Assembly (NCBI GenBank): GCA_964016885.1
Contig: OZ024754.1
Span: 6,510,001 to 6,574,000 of the forward strand
Direction: 5' to 3'
Length of the DNA stretch: 64,000 bases
DNA from: Eledone cirrhosa
Taxonomy: Eukaryota
Both the position numbers and the translations under genes were made by a program. The notes below the pieces were generated by a model that saw nothing but the letters and a program-made list of their open reading frames with translations, ran no database searches and had not been told where the DNA came from. This document shows, in pieces, positions 43,852 through 58,367 of this stretch (within the stretch, counting starts at the first letter, position 1; the number at the start of each line of letters is the position of its first letter).

Positions 43852-43938
43852 ACAGCAGTAGTAGAGGTAGTAGTAGTAATAGAGATGTCAGGTACTTATC
43901 AAAAATCGGTAGTATTTGTAAATCTTCTACAGGCAGAT

Positions 43939-44019
<81 letters not shown>

Positions 44020-44134
44020 GTAGTAGTAGTAGTAATAACAGAGATAGTAGTACTATTACTACTAGTAGTAGTAGTGGTGGTGGTGGTCAGGTACTTATAA
44101 AAAATTGGTAGTTTTTCTAAATCTACAGGCAGAT

Positions 44135-44183
<49 letters not shown>

Positions 44184-44224
44184 CAGAGCCGATATAAATG
44201 CGCGGCGTTATTAGTAACAGTGCA

Positions 44225-44278
<54 letters not shown>

Positions 44279-44291
44279 GCTGCTGCTGTGG

Positions 44292-44330
<39 letters not shown>

Positions 44331-44400
44331 ATGTGAATGGAAACATTCGGTGTTTTGTTTTGGTTAGCAGTGGTAGTAGTGGTAGTAATTTATAGTAGTT

Positions 44401-44472
<72 letters not shown>

Positions 44473-44540
44473 TTAGTAGTAGTGGTAGTAGTAGTGGTGG
44501 TGGTGGTAGTAGTAGTAGTAGTAGTGGTGGTAGTAGTTAA
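41580..44540. repeat. ~3 kb block of degenerate trinucleotide repeats (GTT, GTG/GTA, TAG)
   Basis: Direct reading; interrupted by a SINE-A fragment at 43404-43508. Confidence 0.95.
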
Positions 44541-44736
44541 AGAAAAAATTTAGATAATTTGTATAACAGCTATAGTATGTATATATATATACATAGTATA
44601 TATATATATATAGATATATATATAATATGTATATAGTATATATATATATAAAGTATATATATATAGATATAATATGTATATAGTATATATATATATAAAG
44701 TATATATATAGAGATATAATATGTATATAGTATATA

Positions 44737-44810
<74 letters not shown>

Positions 44811-45124
44811 CAATATGTATTGAAAATCATGGAATATATTAAATTTACTTAATTCAATGTGTGTGCGTGCGCGTGTGTGTATGTGTGGGAGTGTGTGTGT
44901 GTGTATGTATGTATGTGTGTGTGTATGTATGTATGTATGTGTGTGTGTATATGTAGGTATGTATGTATGTGTGTGTATGTATGTGTGTGTATATGTATGT
45001 ATGTATGTGTGTAGGTATGTATTAATAAACTTGTGAGGGTGTGTGTTTCATGTGTGTATATATATACGAGTGTATACATTGTATAGCTGTTCCAGAGTAT
45101 AACTTTATTTACGTATGATCAAAC

Positions 45125-45210
<86 letters not shown>

Positions 45211-45461
45211 GAGAGAGAGAGAGCGAGAGTTAGAGAGAGAGACAGAGAGTGAGAGGGAGAGAGAGAGAAAGAGTGATGGAGAGAGAGTGATGGAGAGAGA
45301 GAGAGAGAGATAGTGAGAGGGAGGGAGAGAGATAGTGAGAGAGTGAGAGAGAGAGAGAGAGAGAGCAGAGGAATCTGTTTGAATGAATGTGTGTGTGTAT
45401 ATGAAATATGCTTGCATGAGTGTGTGTGTGTGTGTATATGTGTGTTTATGAAATATGCTTG

Positions 45462-45518
<57 letters not shown>

Positions 45519-45827
45519 ATGAATTTACATATAGCCATTGGAATATATGCAAATGACAGTCCATACATTACACCTGAGCTTGGTACATGAGTTCGATTGC
45601 CAGGTCGAGTAATGTGTTGTATCATTCTACAATGAGTTTTACCTCTAATTCAAAGACTGAATCTCCCTGAGAATTAAAGTTAAGTGCCTACGTGGCTCAA
45701 CCATTTTTATTTTAATTCCACAATCAGGCTGTTCGATTGTTCAAACAATCAGAACACTGAACATTTTAGCCTTGTCACACAGTGTTATGCTGAATCTCCC
45801 TGAAAATTGCTCCCTGAAAATTGCTGA

Positions 45828-45965
45828 CAGCCAAAACGATGGCTTGACAGTGTCAACTTATGGACTGGACTTGATCTTTGCTCTTTGAACTCTGCTGCTG
45901 GTGATCGAACTTTGTGGAGAGAGATATCAGATGTTAATGCGCAGTCTGCAACTGTCGGAGTTTAG
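45828..45965 (+). mobile_element. RTE-like LINE C-terminal fragment
   Basis: QPKRWLDSVNLWTGLDLCSLNSAAGDRTLWREI resembles the RTE RWxDxIxxWTG...AxDRxxWR end. Confidence 0.65.
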
Positions 45966-46289
45966 AGCTTCAAGAAGACATTTAATCAGATGAGACAAGA
46001 CCAAAAGGAGATGATGGGACTCAAGTTCACATGAGCCTACGATTTTGAGGAAGGGACTCCACTCCAAATACATCATGTCCTAGATATCAAAAATATATTT
46101 TACAGTTTTATCTCTAAGCTCACCAAATACACAACATAATGCACATATGTATAGCCGTAACCTAGTCACTACATGTAGGTATATCATATACACCACATGT
46201 ACATGTATATAACTGAAATTCATAAATAAATCATGTGCATTTAGCGGTGATTACTAAAATATTAAAATATTCACTACTGTCTCTCTCTA

Positions 46290-46600
46290 ACCACCACCAT
46301 CACCAGCACCACCACCACCACCAACACAACCAACATTATCACCAACACAACCATCACCCCCCCCCCCGCCCATCATCATCACCAACACAACCATCACCCC
46401 GCCGCCCATCATCATCACCAACACAACCATCACCCCCCGCCCATCATCATCACCAACACAACCATCAACCCCCGCCCATCATCATCACCAACACAACCAT
46501 CAACCCCCGCCCATCATCATCACCAACACAACAATCACCCCCCCCCCGCCCATCATCATCACCAACACAACCACCACAACCACCACCACCACCACCACCT
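46290..46600. repeat. ~30-35 bp minisatellite (cgcccatcatcatcaccaacacaaccatca)
   Basis: About 6 imperfect units plus flanking CAC repeats. Confidence 0.85.
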
Positions 46601-46672
46601 ATATCACAAACAACAGTAATTAGAGGAACGAAACAGAAGATTATAGAATCGACAACATTATATATATATATA

Positions 46673-46852
46673 TGGATTGGCAGTATCGGTAGAGGGTCGG
46701 ACGCCATGCTTTGACGCATAGAGTTACGGCCCTTGCCATTCTGTGTTCAAATCTCGCCGAGGTTAACTTTGCCTTTCATCCTTACAGGGTCGATAAAATA
46801 AAGTACCAGTAATGCACTGGGTAATTGCTGGCTTTGTGCCAAAAGTAGAAAC

Positions 46853-46857
<5 letters not shown>
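46673..46857 (+). mobile_element. SINE-A
   Basis: Matches the consensus from head to tail. Confidence 0.9.
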
Positions 46858-46892
<35 letters not shown>

Positions 46893-47278
46893 CAAGAACG
46901 ATTTCTTAAGCCTTCATTACGTTTATTGATTGTTGACGCGCGTTTCGCTATTGATCAGCTCAAGGTTCGATCTGTATCGAATCTGGATATATATATATAT
47001 ATATATTTATCCTTATCGAGCCCTCTTTGGATTTTAGTCTTCAAATTTATTATTATTACTATATATATATATATATTTTTTCAAAATAGGGAGCGCACAA
47101 GACCAACGGAAAGACGCTCAGTCCCTTCTCCTTAGTTAACCTCTGGTTTCGGCTCATTAAAGTTGATTATATATATATTATACGTGTGTGTGTGTGAGTG
47201 TGAGAGAGAGTTTGTCTGTGTATGTGTATATATATATGTGTCTTTCTATGTGTGTGTGTGTGCGTGTGTGTGTGAATG

Positions 47279-47324
<46 letters not shown>

Positions 47325-47354
47325 AGAGTGCATATATATGTGTGTGTGTGAATG

Positions 47355-47396
<42 letters not shown>

Positions 47397-47434
47397 CGTG
47401 TGTGTGTGTGAGAGTGCATATATATGTGTGTGTG

Positions 47435-47482
<48 letters not shown>

Positions 47483-47835
47483 AGTGAGTGTATATATGTG
47501 CGTGCATACACGCTTATTCGTTCCTTTCGTTCTTTCACTCTGTTACTGACAACATAGTTAAACTTCATCTTGAGAAAATACAATACTTTATAAAATATAT
47601 ATGAGATTCTCTTTACGATATAAAGAACAATATTTCACATTCCACCGTTTATTATTCTGTTGCCAACAGATATATAAATAATACAATATAGGAAAGAAAT
47701 TTGGCCATGAATTACCTGAAAGGTGAACAGGGAGCATATAATAGGTGTGAGTAAGGAAGACGTGACTAAGTCCACATAAACATGAATAGAGGGGTCACAG
47801 CTAATGAAATAATTATCTAATACAAGATCATATAA

Positions 47836-48181
47836 TAATTGTTTCTATTTTTGGCACAAGGCCAGCAATTATCCCAGTGTATTACTGGTACTTTTTTCAT
47901 CGACCCCGTAAGGATGAAAGGCAAAGTGAACCTCGGAAATAATTGTTTCTACTTTTGGCACAAGGCCAGCAATTACTCAGTGTATTACTGGTACTTTATT
48001 TCATCGACCCCGTAAGGATGAAAGGCAAAGTGAACCTCGGAAATAATTGTTTCTTCTGTTGGCACAAGGCCAGCAATTACTCAGTGTATTACTGGTACTT
48101 TATTTTACAGGGTCGATAAAATAAAGTACCAGTAATACACTGGTGATTTGCTGGCCTTGTGCCAAAAGTAGAAACAATTAT
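47836..48181. mobile_element. Tandem SINE-A 3' fragments (-) followed by an inverted (+) fragment
   Basis: ~103 bp unit repeated 2.6 times, then the orientation flips at ~48108. Confidence 0.85.
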
Positions 48182-48426
48182 TTCACGTTGTTCCAATCGG
48201 CTCAAAATATGTCGTATCTATAATTCAAATTAATTGATGTTGTAATTTATGTTGTTCTTGTTGTTGTTGCTGTTGTTGTTGTAATTGATGTTGCTGCTAT
48301 TGTTGTTGATGTTAATGTCGTCGTCGCCGCCGCTGTTGTTGTTGTTGTTAATGTCGTCATCGTTGTTGTTGCTATTGCTGTTACTTGTGTTGCTGTTGCT
48401 ATTGTTGTTTACGTAATGTTACTTTT

Positions 48427-49072
48427 GCAATTATCCCAGTGCATTACTGGTACTTTATTTTATCGACCCCGCAAGGATGAAAGGCGAAGTTAACCTCGGC
48501 GGGATTTTAACTCAGACCGCAAAGGGCCGTAACTCTATGCCGCAAAGCATGGTGTCCGACGCTCTACCGATATTGCCAATCCTACTCGCCAATATCGTAT
48601 CATAATACGACCGCCAGAGGCGCTGAGCCAACCAGCCACAGGTGTGAGCCTCGCGAGTTGGAATGGCTCTTCCAGCCCATCTCCCTTACCATCCTCTGGG
48701 GAAACGCCTTCTTCATTCTGTCCGCCGGGGCTGTGGGGGGAGGCCAGCACGTGGGACCCCATTAACTCACCACACATTGAGATGGGTAGGGCGAGAGAGA
48801 TGGAGGCGATGGACAGTGGGAGTTCGGCTCTTCCACGTTCGGACCATATCCTTGAGGTTGTGTTCATTATTTATAGAGTTCATGGGCGGTGGATTGGCAG
48901 TATCGGTAGAGGGTGGGACGCCATGCTTTCCAGCATAGTTACGTCCCTTTACGATCTGAGTTCAAATCCCGCCGAGGTTGACTTTGCCTTTCATCCTTAC
49001 GGGGTCGATAAAATAAAGTACCAGTAATGCACTGGGTAATTGCTGGCCTTGTGCCTAAAGTAGAAACAATTA
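48427..49072. mobile_element. SINE-A(-) 48427-48590, CRE-like 3' fragment(+) 48618-48765, SINE-A(+) 48885-49072
   Basis: SINE consensus matches; CEPRELEWLFQPISLTILWGNAFFILSAG. Confidence 0.8.
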
Positions 49073-49142
49073 TCTATAGAGTTCATTCTGTTATTCATTG
49101 CTATCGAAATACAGTTGTAACAACCTGCTTTATACGTATTCT

Positions 49143-49194
<52 letters not shown>

Positions 49195-49197
<3 letters not shown>

Positions 49198-49407
49198 GGC
49201 GTGTGGCTGAGTGGTAAGAGAATTGGATTCACAATCTCGAGGTTGTGAGTTCAATTCCCAGACCGGGCGATGCGTTATGACCTTGAGCAAGACACTTTGT
49301 TTCACGTTGCTCCTTCTACCTGGAGTTGCGACCGATAGATAGTATTAGCAACTGGAAAGACCAATGGAAACATTGTTTCCTCGGTCCGATTTGACGAAAG
49401 TCGATCG
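49195..49407 (+). mobile_element. SINE-C, full-length
   Basis: Near-identical to 39342-39555. Confidence 0.85.
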
Positions 49408-49475
49408 ATATGTATATATATGAATGTATGTAAAAGAAATCAAAGAACGCCTACATACTCATACAATTTTTATTT

Positions 49476-49520
49476 GCTGACAATGTTTCATCCATACCAT
49501 GAGGCAGGAATCATCAGAGC
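49476..49520 (-). ncRNA. Minimal type I hammerhead ribozyme
   Basis: gct-CTGATGA-t-tcctgcc(tcat)ggtatgga-t-GAAAC-att-GTC-agc. Confidence 0.75.
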
Positions 49521-49804
49521 TTTATAAACAAAAATATAGTGCTGAGTATAAGCTCTACCAAGCTTAGTCACACGAACATTAGATATACAGTGCAGGATAA
49601 TAATAGGGAGATCGGAAATGGAAAGGATGGAGAGAATGCGTAACGCATTCTCTCCATCCTTCCCATTTGTTTACGTAAATATATATGAATGTATGTATAT
49701 TTGGCAATATACTGTGTTTAATTTAAAACGTTTAGAAGATTCGCTATGAGTTTTAAAGTAGTGACTATGTCACTTACTTATTCTCGGCAAAAACAAGAGA
49801 GAGC

Positions 49805-49846
49805 GGCCGACAGACAGTTTCTCGCTTGTGAACGTTTATCAAGACC
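49805..49846 (-). ncRNA. Hammerhead motif (family H, U3-A8 form)
   Basis: ggtc-TTGATAA-a-cgtt(caca)agcg-a-GAAAC-tgtct-GTC-ggcc. Confidence 0.7.
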
Positions 49847-50465
49847 ACACACTCAGTTGCCTTTGCCGAGAATTATAGAGGCAGGATTCTTATAGAATTC
49901 CAGGAGGGGGATGAGGATGAGGATGAGGGGTGGTGGTGAGGATGAGGATGAGGGGGGTGAGAGGAGGGGGTATGAGGGGGATGAGGAGGAAGATGAGGAG
50001 GATGGGGATGGGGAGGAGGGGGATGAGGAGGAAGATGAGGATGAGGATGAGGATGAGGAGGAGGAGGAGAACGACGACGACGATGAGGACGGCAATGATG
50101 ATGATGACAACTCCCCCAAAAGCGAATGTATATGACCTCCCCTCCACCTTAATTCCCCGCCACTTATTAATCAGCCCCACTATCTTACTGATGATCTGAA
50201 GTGGAGGGAAGTGGAAATAGGAACGATAGGACCAGAATACTATAAATAGAATAGATGTGTTACACTGATGGTGATGATGATGGTGATGATGATGGTGATG
50301 GGGATGGTGATGATGATGATGATGATGATGGTGATGGTGATGATGGTGATGATGGTGATGGTGATGGTGATGGTGATGATGATGGTGATGGTAATGAACA
50401 GGATGATATAGAATAGATGTCTTACACTAATGGTGATGATGGTGGCGATGAAGGTGATGATGAAC

Positions 50466-50515
<50 letters not shown>

Positions 50516-50609
50516 AACGATGATGGTGATAATGATGATAATGATGATGATGATGATTCTTTCTACATTTAGCACAAGGCACATATACACATGTATGTAT
50601 ATGTAAGTG

Positions 50610-50705
<96 letters not shown>

Positions 50706-50749
50706 CAATGATATTAAATAAATGGAAACTATACTTATAAAACCATATT

Positions 50750-50811
50750 TATTCTATTATATATATTTCAAGGGCACCAAAAACTTTGGTACGCTTTCAT
50801 CAGATAAAATA
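50750..50811 (-). ncRNA. Type I hammerhead ribozyme (TATTTTAT class)
   Basis: tattttat-CTGATGA-aagcgtaccaaa(gtt)tttggtgccctt-GAAA-tatata-TA-atagaata. Confidence 0.8.
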
Positions 50812-51067
50812 CAAAGTATGTCTTATAAATGTTGACATAGCCAAGGAACATACCTTATCAGTTGAATTTTCCTTGGATATATATATATATTAGTCAATCA
50901 AATTTCAGCATGGCTGTATATATATTATATATATATGATTCAGATTGAAATGACATCCTACAGGACCAGCACTGTTTTCTTTGGTTGAACAATCTCCAGG
51001 AAAGCCGTTAACCATTAAGCTTTGCTGGGTTCGCAGTACGACGGCGTTAATTACGAGAAAACGCCTC

Positions 51068-52383
51068 TATTTAAGCAGGAAACGAACCGTACTCAATCTA
51101 GAGAACCCGATGCTAATACTGTGCCTAAATTTAAGCAGGAAACGAACTGTACTAAATCTCAAGAACCTGATGCTAATACTGTGTCTAGATTTAAGCAGGA
51201 AACGTACTGTCCTCAATCGAGAGACCCTGATTCTAATACTTTGCCTAGATTTAAGCAGGGCACGAACCGTCCTCAATCTAGAGAACCTGATGCTAATACT
51301 GTGTCTAGATTTAAGCAGGAAACCTACCGTGCTTAATCTAGAGAACCTGATGCTAATACTGTGTCTAGATTTAAGCAGGAAACCTACCGTGCTTAATCTA
51401 GAGAACCTGATGCTAATACTGTGTCTAGATTTAAGCAGGAAACCTACCGTGCTTAATCTAGAGAACCTGATGCTAATACTGTGCCTAAATTAAAGCAGGA
51501 AACCTACCGTGCTTAATCTAGAGAACCTGATGCTAATACCGTGTCTAGATTAAATCAGGAAACCTACCGTGCTTAATCTAGAGAACTTGATGCTAATACT
51601 GTGCCTAGATTTAAGCAGGAAACCTACCGTGCTTAATCTAGAGAACCTGATGCTAATACTGTGTCTAGATTTAAGCAGGAAACCTACCGTGCTTAATCTA
51701 GAGAACCTGATGCTAATACTGTGCCTAAATTAAAGCAGGAAACCTACCGTGCTTAATCTAGAGAACCTGATGCTAATACTGTGTCTAGATTAAATCAGGA
51801 AACCTACCGTGCTTAATCTAGAGAACCTGATGCTAATACTGTGCCTAAATTAAAGCAGGAAACCTACCGTGCTTAATCTAGAGAACCTGATGCTAATACT
51901 GTGTCTAGATTAAATCAGGAAACCTACCGTGCTTAATCTAGAGAACTTGATGCTAATACTGTGCCTAGATTAAAGCAGGAAACCTACCGTGCTTAATCTA
52001 GAGAACCTGATGCTAATACTGTGTCTAGATTAAATCAGGAAACCTACCGTGCTTAATCTAGAGAACCTGATGCTAATACTGTGCCTAAATTAAAGCAGGA
52101 AACCTACCGTGCTTAATCTAGAGAACCTGATGCTAATACTGTGTCTAGATTAAATCAGGAAACCTACCGTGCTTAATCTAGAGAACTTGATGCTAATACT
52201 GTGCCTAGATTTAAGCAGGAAACCTACCGTGCTTAATCTAGAGAACCTGATGCTAATACTGTGTCTAGATTTAAGCAGGAAACCTACCGTGCTTAATCTA
52301 GAGAACCTGATGCTAATACTGTGCCTAGATTAAAGCAGGAAACCTACCGTCCTCACTCTAGAGAACCTGATGTTAATATTGTG
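51068..52383. repeat. 60 bp minisatellite, ~22 units, with higher-order variant structure
   Basis: Unit ttaagcaggaaacctaccgtgcttaatctagagaacctgatgctaatactgtgtctagat stays in exact 60 bp register. Confidence 0.97.
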
Positions 52384-52497
52384 TATACTTCATCACATCT
52401 GTTTGGTATTTAAAGTAGCTGACTAAGCTCCTACTTGACTCAATGAATCAAACATTTAGGATTCCATATTGACGGCTGACACTTCTCGCTACTTCAC

Positions 52498-52581
52498 AAA
52501 CTTTTCTAACACCGCCTACATTCTACAACCTACACAGCGCACACTAATATTTACACACACACACATACATACACACACACA

Positions 52582-52650
<69 letters not shown>

Positions 52651-52919
52651 TATGCGTGACGTTCAAACGTCCAAAGAACAATAGACACATATACACATAT
52701 ACACACACATGCACACATATATATAGACTGTGTAATAACACACACATACAGACATACGAGTATATTTATATAGATACAATAAAAATGCATCTATATAAAT
52801 ATACTCGTATGTCCGTGTCTGTATGTGTATGTTATTACACATACTCTATATATATGTGCATGTGTGTGTATATGTGTATATGTGTCTATTGCTCTTTGGA
52901 CGTTTGAACGTCACGCATA

Positions 52920-52988
<69 letters not shown>

Positions 52989-53072
52989 TGTGTGTGTATG
53001 TATGTATGTGTGTGTGTAAATATTAGTGTGCGCTGTGTAGGTTGTAGAATGTAGGCGGTGTTAGAAAAGTTT
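52498..53072. repeat. ~575 bp inverted duplication
   Basis: aaacttttctaacaccgcctacattctacaacc ... ggttgtagaatgtaggcggtgttagaaaagttt; short spacer near 52776-52788. Confidence 0.92.
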
Positions 53073-53109
53073 ATCCCGGGTTCTAGTCCTGTAGAAGCCA
53101 TTTCTATAT

Positions 53110-53161
<52 letters not shown>

Positions 53162-53229
53162 CATATATATCTTGTTTAGACACTACCTTGCTCACAAGTG
53201 TTTTTTTTAAGCTTCATATCATGTCTCCC

Positions 53230-53300
53230 TATTTTATCTGATGAGAACGCAAATATCGTCCCAGGATGATATTTGTTTTTGAAATGCGCATAATAAAATA
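53230..53300 (+). ncRNA. Type I hammerhead ribozyme (family D)
   Basis: tattttat-CTGATGA-stem II-GAAA-tgcgca-TA-ataaaata; element spans ~53172-53426. Confidence 0.85.
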
Positions 53301-53457
53301 CATGGAACTTTTTTAACCATCTTTAAATTTCTTCTTATATATACTCCAGTCCAATAAACTGTTGAGTGCTACTTATCCGATATTTGCATTGCTTTATTGT
53401 GCTACAATAAAACTCACCTCCTACATTATATACATATATATATATACATATACAAAA

Positions 53458-53504
53458 TGCTCCGAAGACTCCAAGCCTAGGTTTGGATGAAACAATTGTA
53501 AGTG
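53458..53504 (+). ncRNA. Hammerhead motif, U4C variant
   Basis: tgct-CCGAAGA-c-tccaagc(ctag)gtttgga-t-GAAAC-aatt-GTA-agtg. Confidence 0.6.
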
Positions 53505-54359
53505 AATAAATGCTTTGAACATAGCTTTGATTCTTGTGAATTCTATATATACATATACATATATATATATGCACATATATATATATGATGGGGTTGCTTT
53601 CTCTAGATATAAGCTTGCTACCGACCCCAATACAAACTATTTTAGTTCTATCTGACACAGAAATACCATTTATAATAAATGTAGTAAGAATTTTTAGATT
53701 ACTCCACATTTCCAAAATATTTCCTATTTATTAAGCAAGACAACAATGTACCTATTAAAATGACTGAAGGAATTACAACTGAGGAGGTTATTACTTTTGA
53801 ATAGCTTACACTTGTATGTCTAGCAGAACGGAAAATAGTCTTAATGTCCCTCCGTACACCAAACTTACTCACACAGTCTCACACACACTCACTCTCTCAC
53901 ATACATACATACACACACACACTGACTCATTCTCTCTCTCACATACATACACACACACACACTCTCTCTCCCTCACACACACACTCACTCTCTCTCTCTC
54001 ACACACACACACACTCACTCACTCACTCTCTCACATACATCCATACACACACACACACACTCACTCTCCCTCTCTCATACACACTCACTCTCTCACATAC
54101 ATACATACACACACACACCTACTCACTCTCTCTCTCACACACTCTTTCTCTCATACACACACACACACACACTCTCTCACACACACACATGCATACAAAC
54201 ATAAACATACATATACTCACACACACAGAGAAAGACACACACGCTCATAGAGTCACACACACACACAGACATGCACAATCACACACATGCATACAATCAC
54301 ACAGAATCATAGTCACACACACAGACACACACACATACATACAGAGTCTCTCGCACAAA

Positions 54360-54393
<34 letters not shown>

Positions 54394-54541
54394 AACATAC
54401 GCACGGAAACATAAACATACATATACTCACATACACACGCACGCATATATATATATATATAATACATACATTCATACATATATTTCCATAGAAGTAAACT
54501 AACATCTTGTGTTTGGTTATGAATTTACACACACACAACTT

Positions 54542-54609
<68 letters not shown>

Positions 54610-54772
54610 ACACACACACATTCATACAAACACACACATATAAATATACACACACACACGCAAACACACACACATATATATATATAATACATACATTCAT
54701 ACATATATTTCCATAGAAGTAAACTAACATCTTGTGTTTGGTTATGAATTTACACACAGACACACACAACTT

Positions 54773-54803
<31 letters not shown>

Positions 54804-54820
54804 CACACACACATATAAAT

Positions 54821-54852
<32 letters not shown>

Positions 54853-54859
54853 TTATATT

Positions 54860-55128
54860 TAATTTTTTTTCATTCCTTGTATTTTGATCATGCTTTATTT
54901 TTACTTTTATTTTTAATTTCATTCCCACCGTTTCCTTTCGCTATATGTCTCTCCACCACTCCCCTACACACCCTTTGAACTCTGTTCCCACACACATCTC
55001 ACCTGAGGAAGGGCTTATGCCCGAAACGTCGTTCCCCACCACCACCACCCCACTCTCCAGAGCGTGAAATTAATAAACATTCGTTGTACTGCTTCTCTGT
55101 TTTGTTCCTGTTCAAATTTTTCCATTAT
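54860..55128 (+). mobile_element. Family F element with hammerhead core at 55003-55030
   Basis: CTGAGGA-a-gggc(ttat)gccc-GAAAC-GTC; (TA)n flanks. Confidence 0.75.
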
Positions 55129-55757
55129 ATATATATATATATATATATGCCGAAGACGGCGTATATGTGTGTTTGGTATGTATATTTAATCTTGATAGTT
55201 TGTATAATTTTGTATAATTTTGTACATAGATCTGTTGAATATGCATGCCAATTCTAACACATATATATCCTAGAAACGATCGTTAAATAATGAACTTTTT
55301 TTGTTTAATATAAGGAACTGTTTCATTGTTTTATTCATTATTTGTTTAATATTTTATCTTGACTCTGTATACCGTTTATCTTTCACCGAAAGTGATTTTT
55401 CATTACATCTCTTCTTTCCATGATATCCGGAATACATTGAGTTCTTCATACGGATTGGACACTACCGTAAACTCTTGGTAGATTTATCTACATATATATA
55501 TATGCCTATATACAATATTAAATAAAAACAATGTTAGTTCAAGAATGCAGCGTACAATATACGATTAGAGTAATTTTTATGTACGTATAACTACATTTAT
55601 TGCATTAAAAAATGATGTGTATACATCATCAGCTAATCCCTTAACACCCGCAATGACATGAGTTATTGGTTTTATGTATTTCCGAGATTCATTTTTCTTT
55701 AGCAGAAACTAGCTACTTCTATGATATTGACTACAGAGGAATCTTTTTATAGCATCG

Positions 55758-55813
<56 letters not shown>

Positions 55814-55966
55814 CAAAGGAATTGTGGTAAGGAACCAGATGGACCATAACGCACCAGAGTACTCAATACTTAGGGTAGTAGAGTGGGAAATAGGAAAAAG
55901 TTTGACCCCGACGGCAGAGCTCAAGCCGTTTCGACGGCTATTCTGAGTTCCTATATATATATATAT

Positions 55967-56090
<124 letters not shown>

Positions 56091-56098
56091 GTATATAT

Positions 56099-56216
<118 letters not shown>

Positions 56217-56217
56217 G

Positions 56218-56326
<109 letters not shown>

Positions 56327-56339
56327 GTATATATATATG

Positions 56340-56450
<111 letters not shown>

Positions 56451-56461
56451 GTATATATATG

Positions 56462-56513
<52 letters not shown>

Positions 56514-56528
56514 CATACATATATATAT

Positions 56529-56593
<65 letters not shown>

Positions 56594-56805
56594 TATATTC
56601 CACACTGTAAACGTGGTTGGTGTTAGGAAGGGCATCCAGCCGTAGAAAACCTGCCAGACAGTCCTATACAAGCGAGACGACCAATTCCTGTCTAAACCCA
56701 TGCTAGCGTGGAAGATAGACGTTAAACGATGATGATGATGATGATGATGATGAGCAATTATAATCAAAGAAAGAGATGAAAGAGAAGCAAGCCGTTAAAA
56801 CAAAT

Positions 56806-56864
<59 letters not shown>

Positions 56865-57003
56865 CGAAGAAATAGATGAAAGAGAAGGAAGCCGTTAAAA
56901 TATATTTATAAGAAGCTCTTACACATGTTACGCCCAAGTAACTTGAGCGTAACATGTATATATAGAGAGAGATTTGTTTTAATGGGCTTGCTTCTCTTTC
57001 TTC

Positions 57004-57050
<47 letters not shown>

Positions 57051-57189
57051 GAGGTTATATTTAATTTGTTGGGATTCAACAAGCTTAACATCTTTTTATA
57101 ATTGATATAAAGCACTCAACAAGGAAGCTCCAACCGTTAAGGTTGTCTTTTTTCCGGGTATATCAATATTTATTTATAAAACAAATCTG

Positions 57190-57255
57190 TATTTTATCTG
57201 ATGAAAGCGCACCATAATTTGCCTTGGTTGCCCTTGAAATATATATAATTAAATA
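57190..57255 (+). ncRNA. Type I hammerhead ribozyme (TATTTTAT class)
   Basis: tattttat-CTGATGA-aagcgcacca...tggttgccctt-GAAA-tatata-TA-attaaata. Confidence 0.75.
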
Positions 57256-57903
57256 AATATGGTTTTATAAATTTATTAATATATTATCGATATAGGTTTG
57301 TTATTTTTATTGATTTATTACTTTAAATCGAGACAGGTAAACCATATTGTTTTAAATTAGTATTTTTTTCAACCTAGCTAACTTGGTCATTTGCAATTCG
57401 AACACATGTATACTTGTATCGGTGTTCATCCCTCTCATATATTCATTTGTATTACACGGCTCGGAAATATTCCCTTCCTTGAGCTATTTAATTGTAAAAG
57501 ACTATTTTGAGTTTCTAACTCAATCTATGATATATATATACTGTATATATATAAAGATTTGTTTTAACGGCTTGTAACTCCTTCATTCACTCCTTCATTT
57601 GCTTATATATATATATATCATGTGACTGGAAATTATAAGTGAACTGTTCAGTATAAATTATCTGATGTGCATTCGTTTGGTCACGTAATTATTGGAAAAA
57701 TAAATATGCAAAGCATCAGAATTTTATATATATATACATATATATTTATTTTTCCAATAATTACGTGACCAAACGAATGCATATATATATATATGTGTGT
57801 TTTTATTTTATTTTTCCTTTCCTTCTTCTTTCTCCAGCCTCACTTTCATATAGATTGCATTTTTGTTTTTAAAATCCAAATTCAATAAACAGACCAGGAT
57901 TTT

Positions 57904-57961
57904 TTCATTCTGATGATTGAAAGCAACATTTTTTGCTTTTAAGAAACCACTGGTAAATGGA
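57904..57961 (+). ncRNA. Type I hammerhead ribozyme (family G)
   Basis: Same fold as 28403-28460; element spans ~57865-58058. Confidence 0.85.
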
Positions 57962-58058
57962 ATAATTGCCTTATGTTGTTTATTACATAACTATTAAGCT
58001 CTGTTACCTACATAGAGCACTCTTTTTTCCTGGACTTTTCCGACGGAATTACTTCATT

Positions 58059-58103
<45 letters not shown>

Positions 58104-58288
58104 TATAATATTCTACTAACCAAGTATCGAGTACTCTGGTGGGTTATGGTCTAGCTGGCTTTTACCACACCCTATATTGTATCAGTTCACGTGTAGGTAA
58201 TTTTAACGGCCCACTCGATCTTTCACTATCTGGCAGTAGCCGATGTATTTACTTGCTGTGGGACTTTACGTCCTATAGAATGGAAACA

Positions 58289-58367
58289 GCTTTCTGAAGA
58301 GCCGCTCTTTCCATTGGAAGTCCTTTGGATTTCCAATCTTTTGTGAGGCGAAACCGTCGGTAAAAGC
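58289..58367 (+). ncRNA. Type I hammerhead ribozyme with extended stem II
   Basis: gcttt-CTGAAGA-gcc..attggaagtcc(ttt)ggatttccaat..ggc-GAAAC-cgtcg-GTA-aaagc. Confidence 0.85.

Noticed and set aside
46950-46985. GAAAC-gcgc-GTC half-motif on the minus strand (similar half-motif at ~25600-25625)
   Set aside because: There is no correctly placed CUGANGA or stem I, so it is not counted as a ribozyme
49900-50115. Acidic D/E-rich ORF
   Set aside because: Low-complexity GAG/GAT repeat without splice or homology support
50981-51493. 170 aa repeat-protein ORF
   Set aside because: It is a product of the 60 bp minisatellite; stop codons appear in later units in the frames examined
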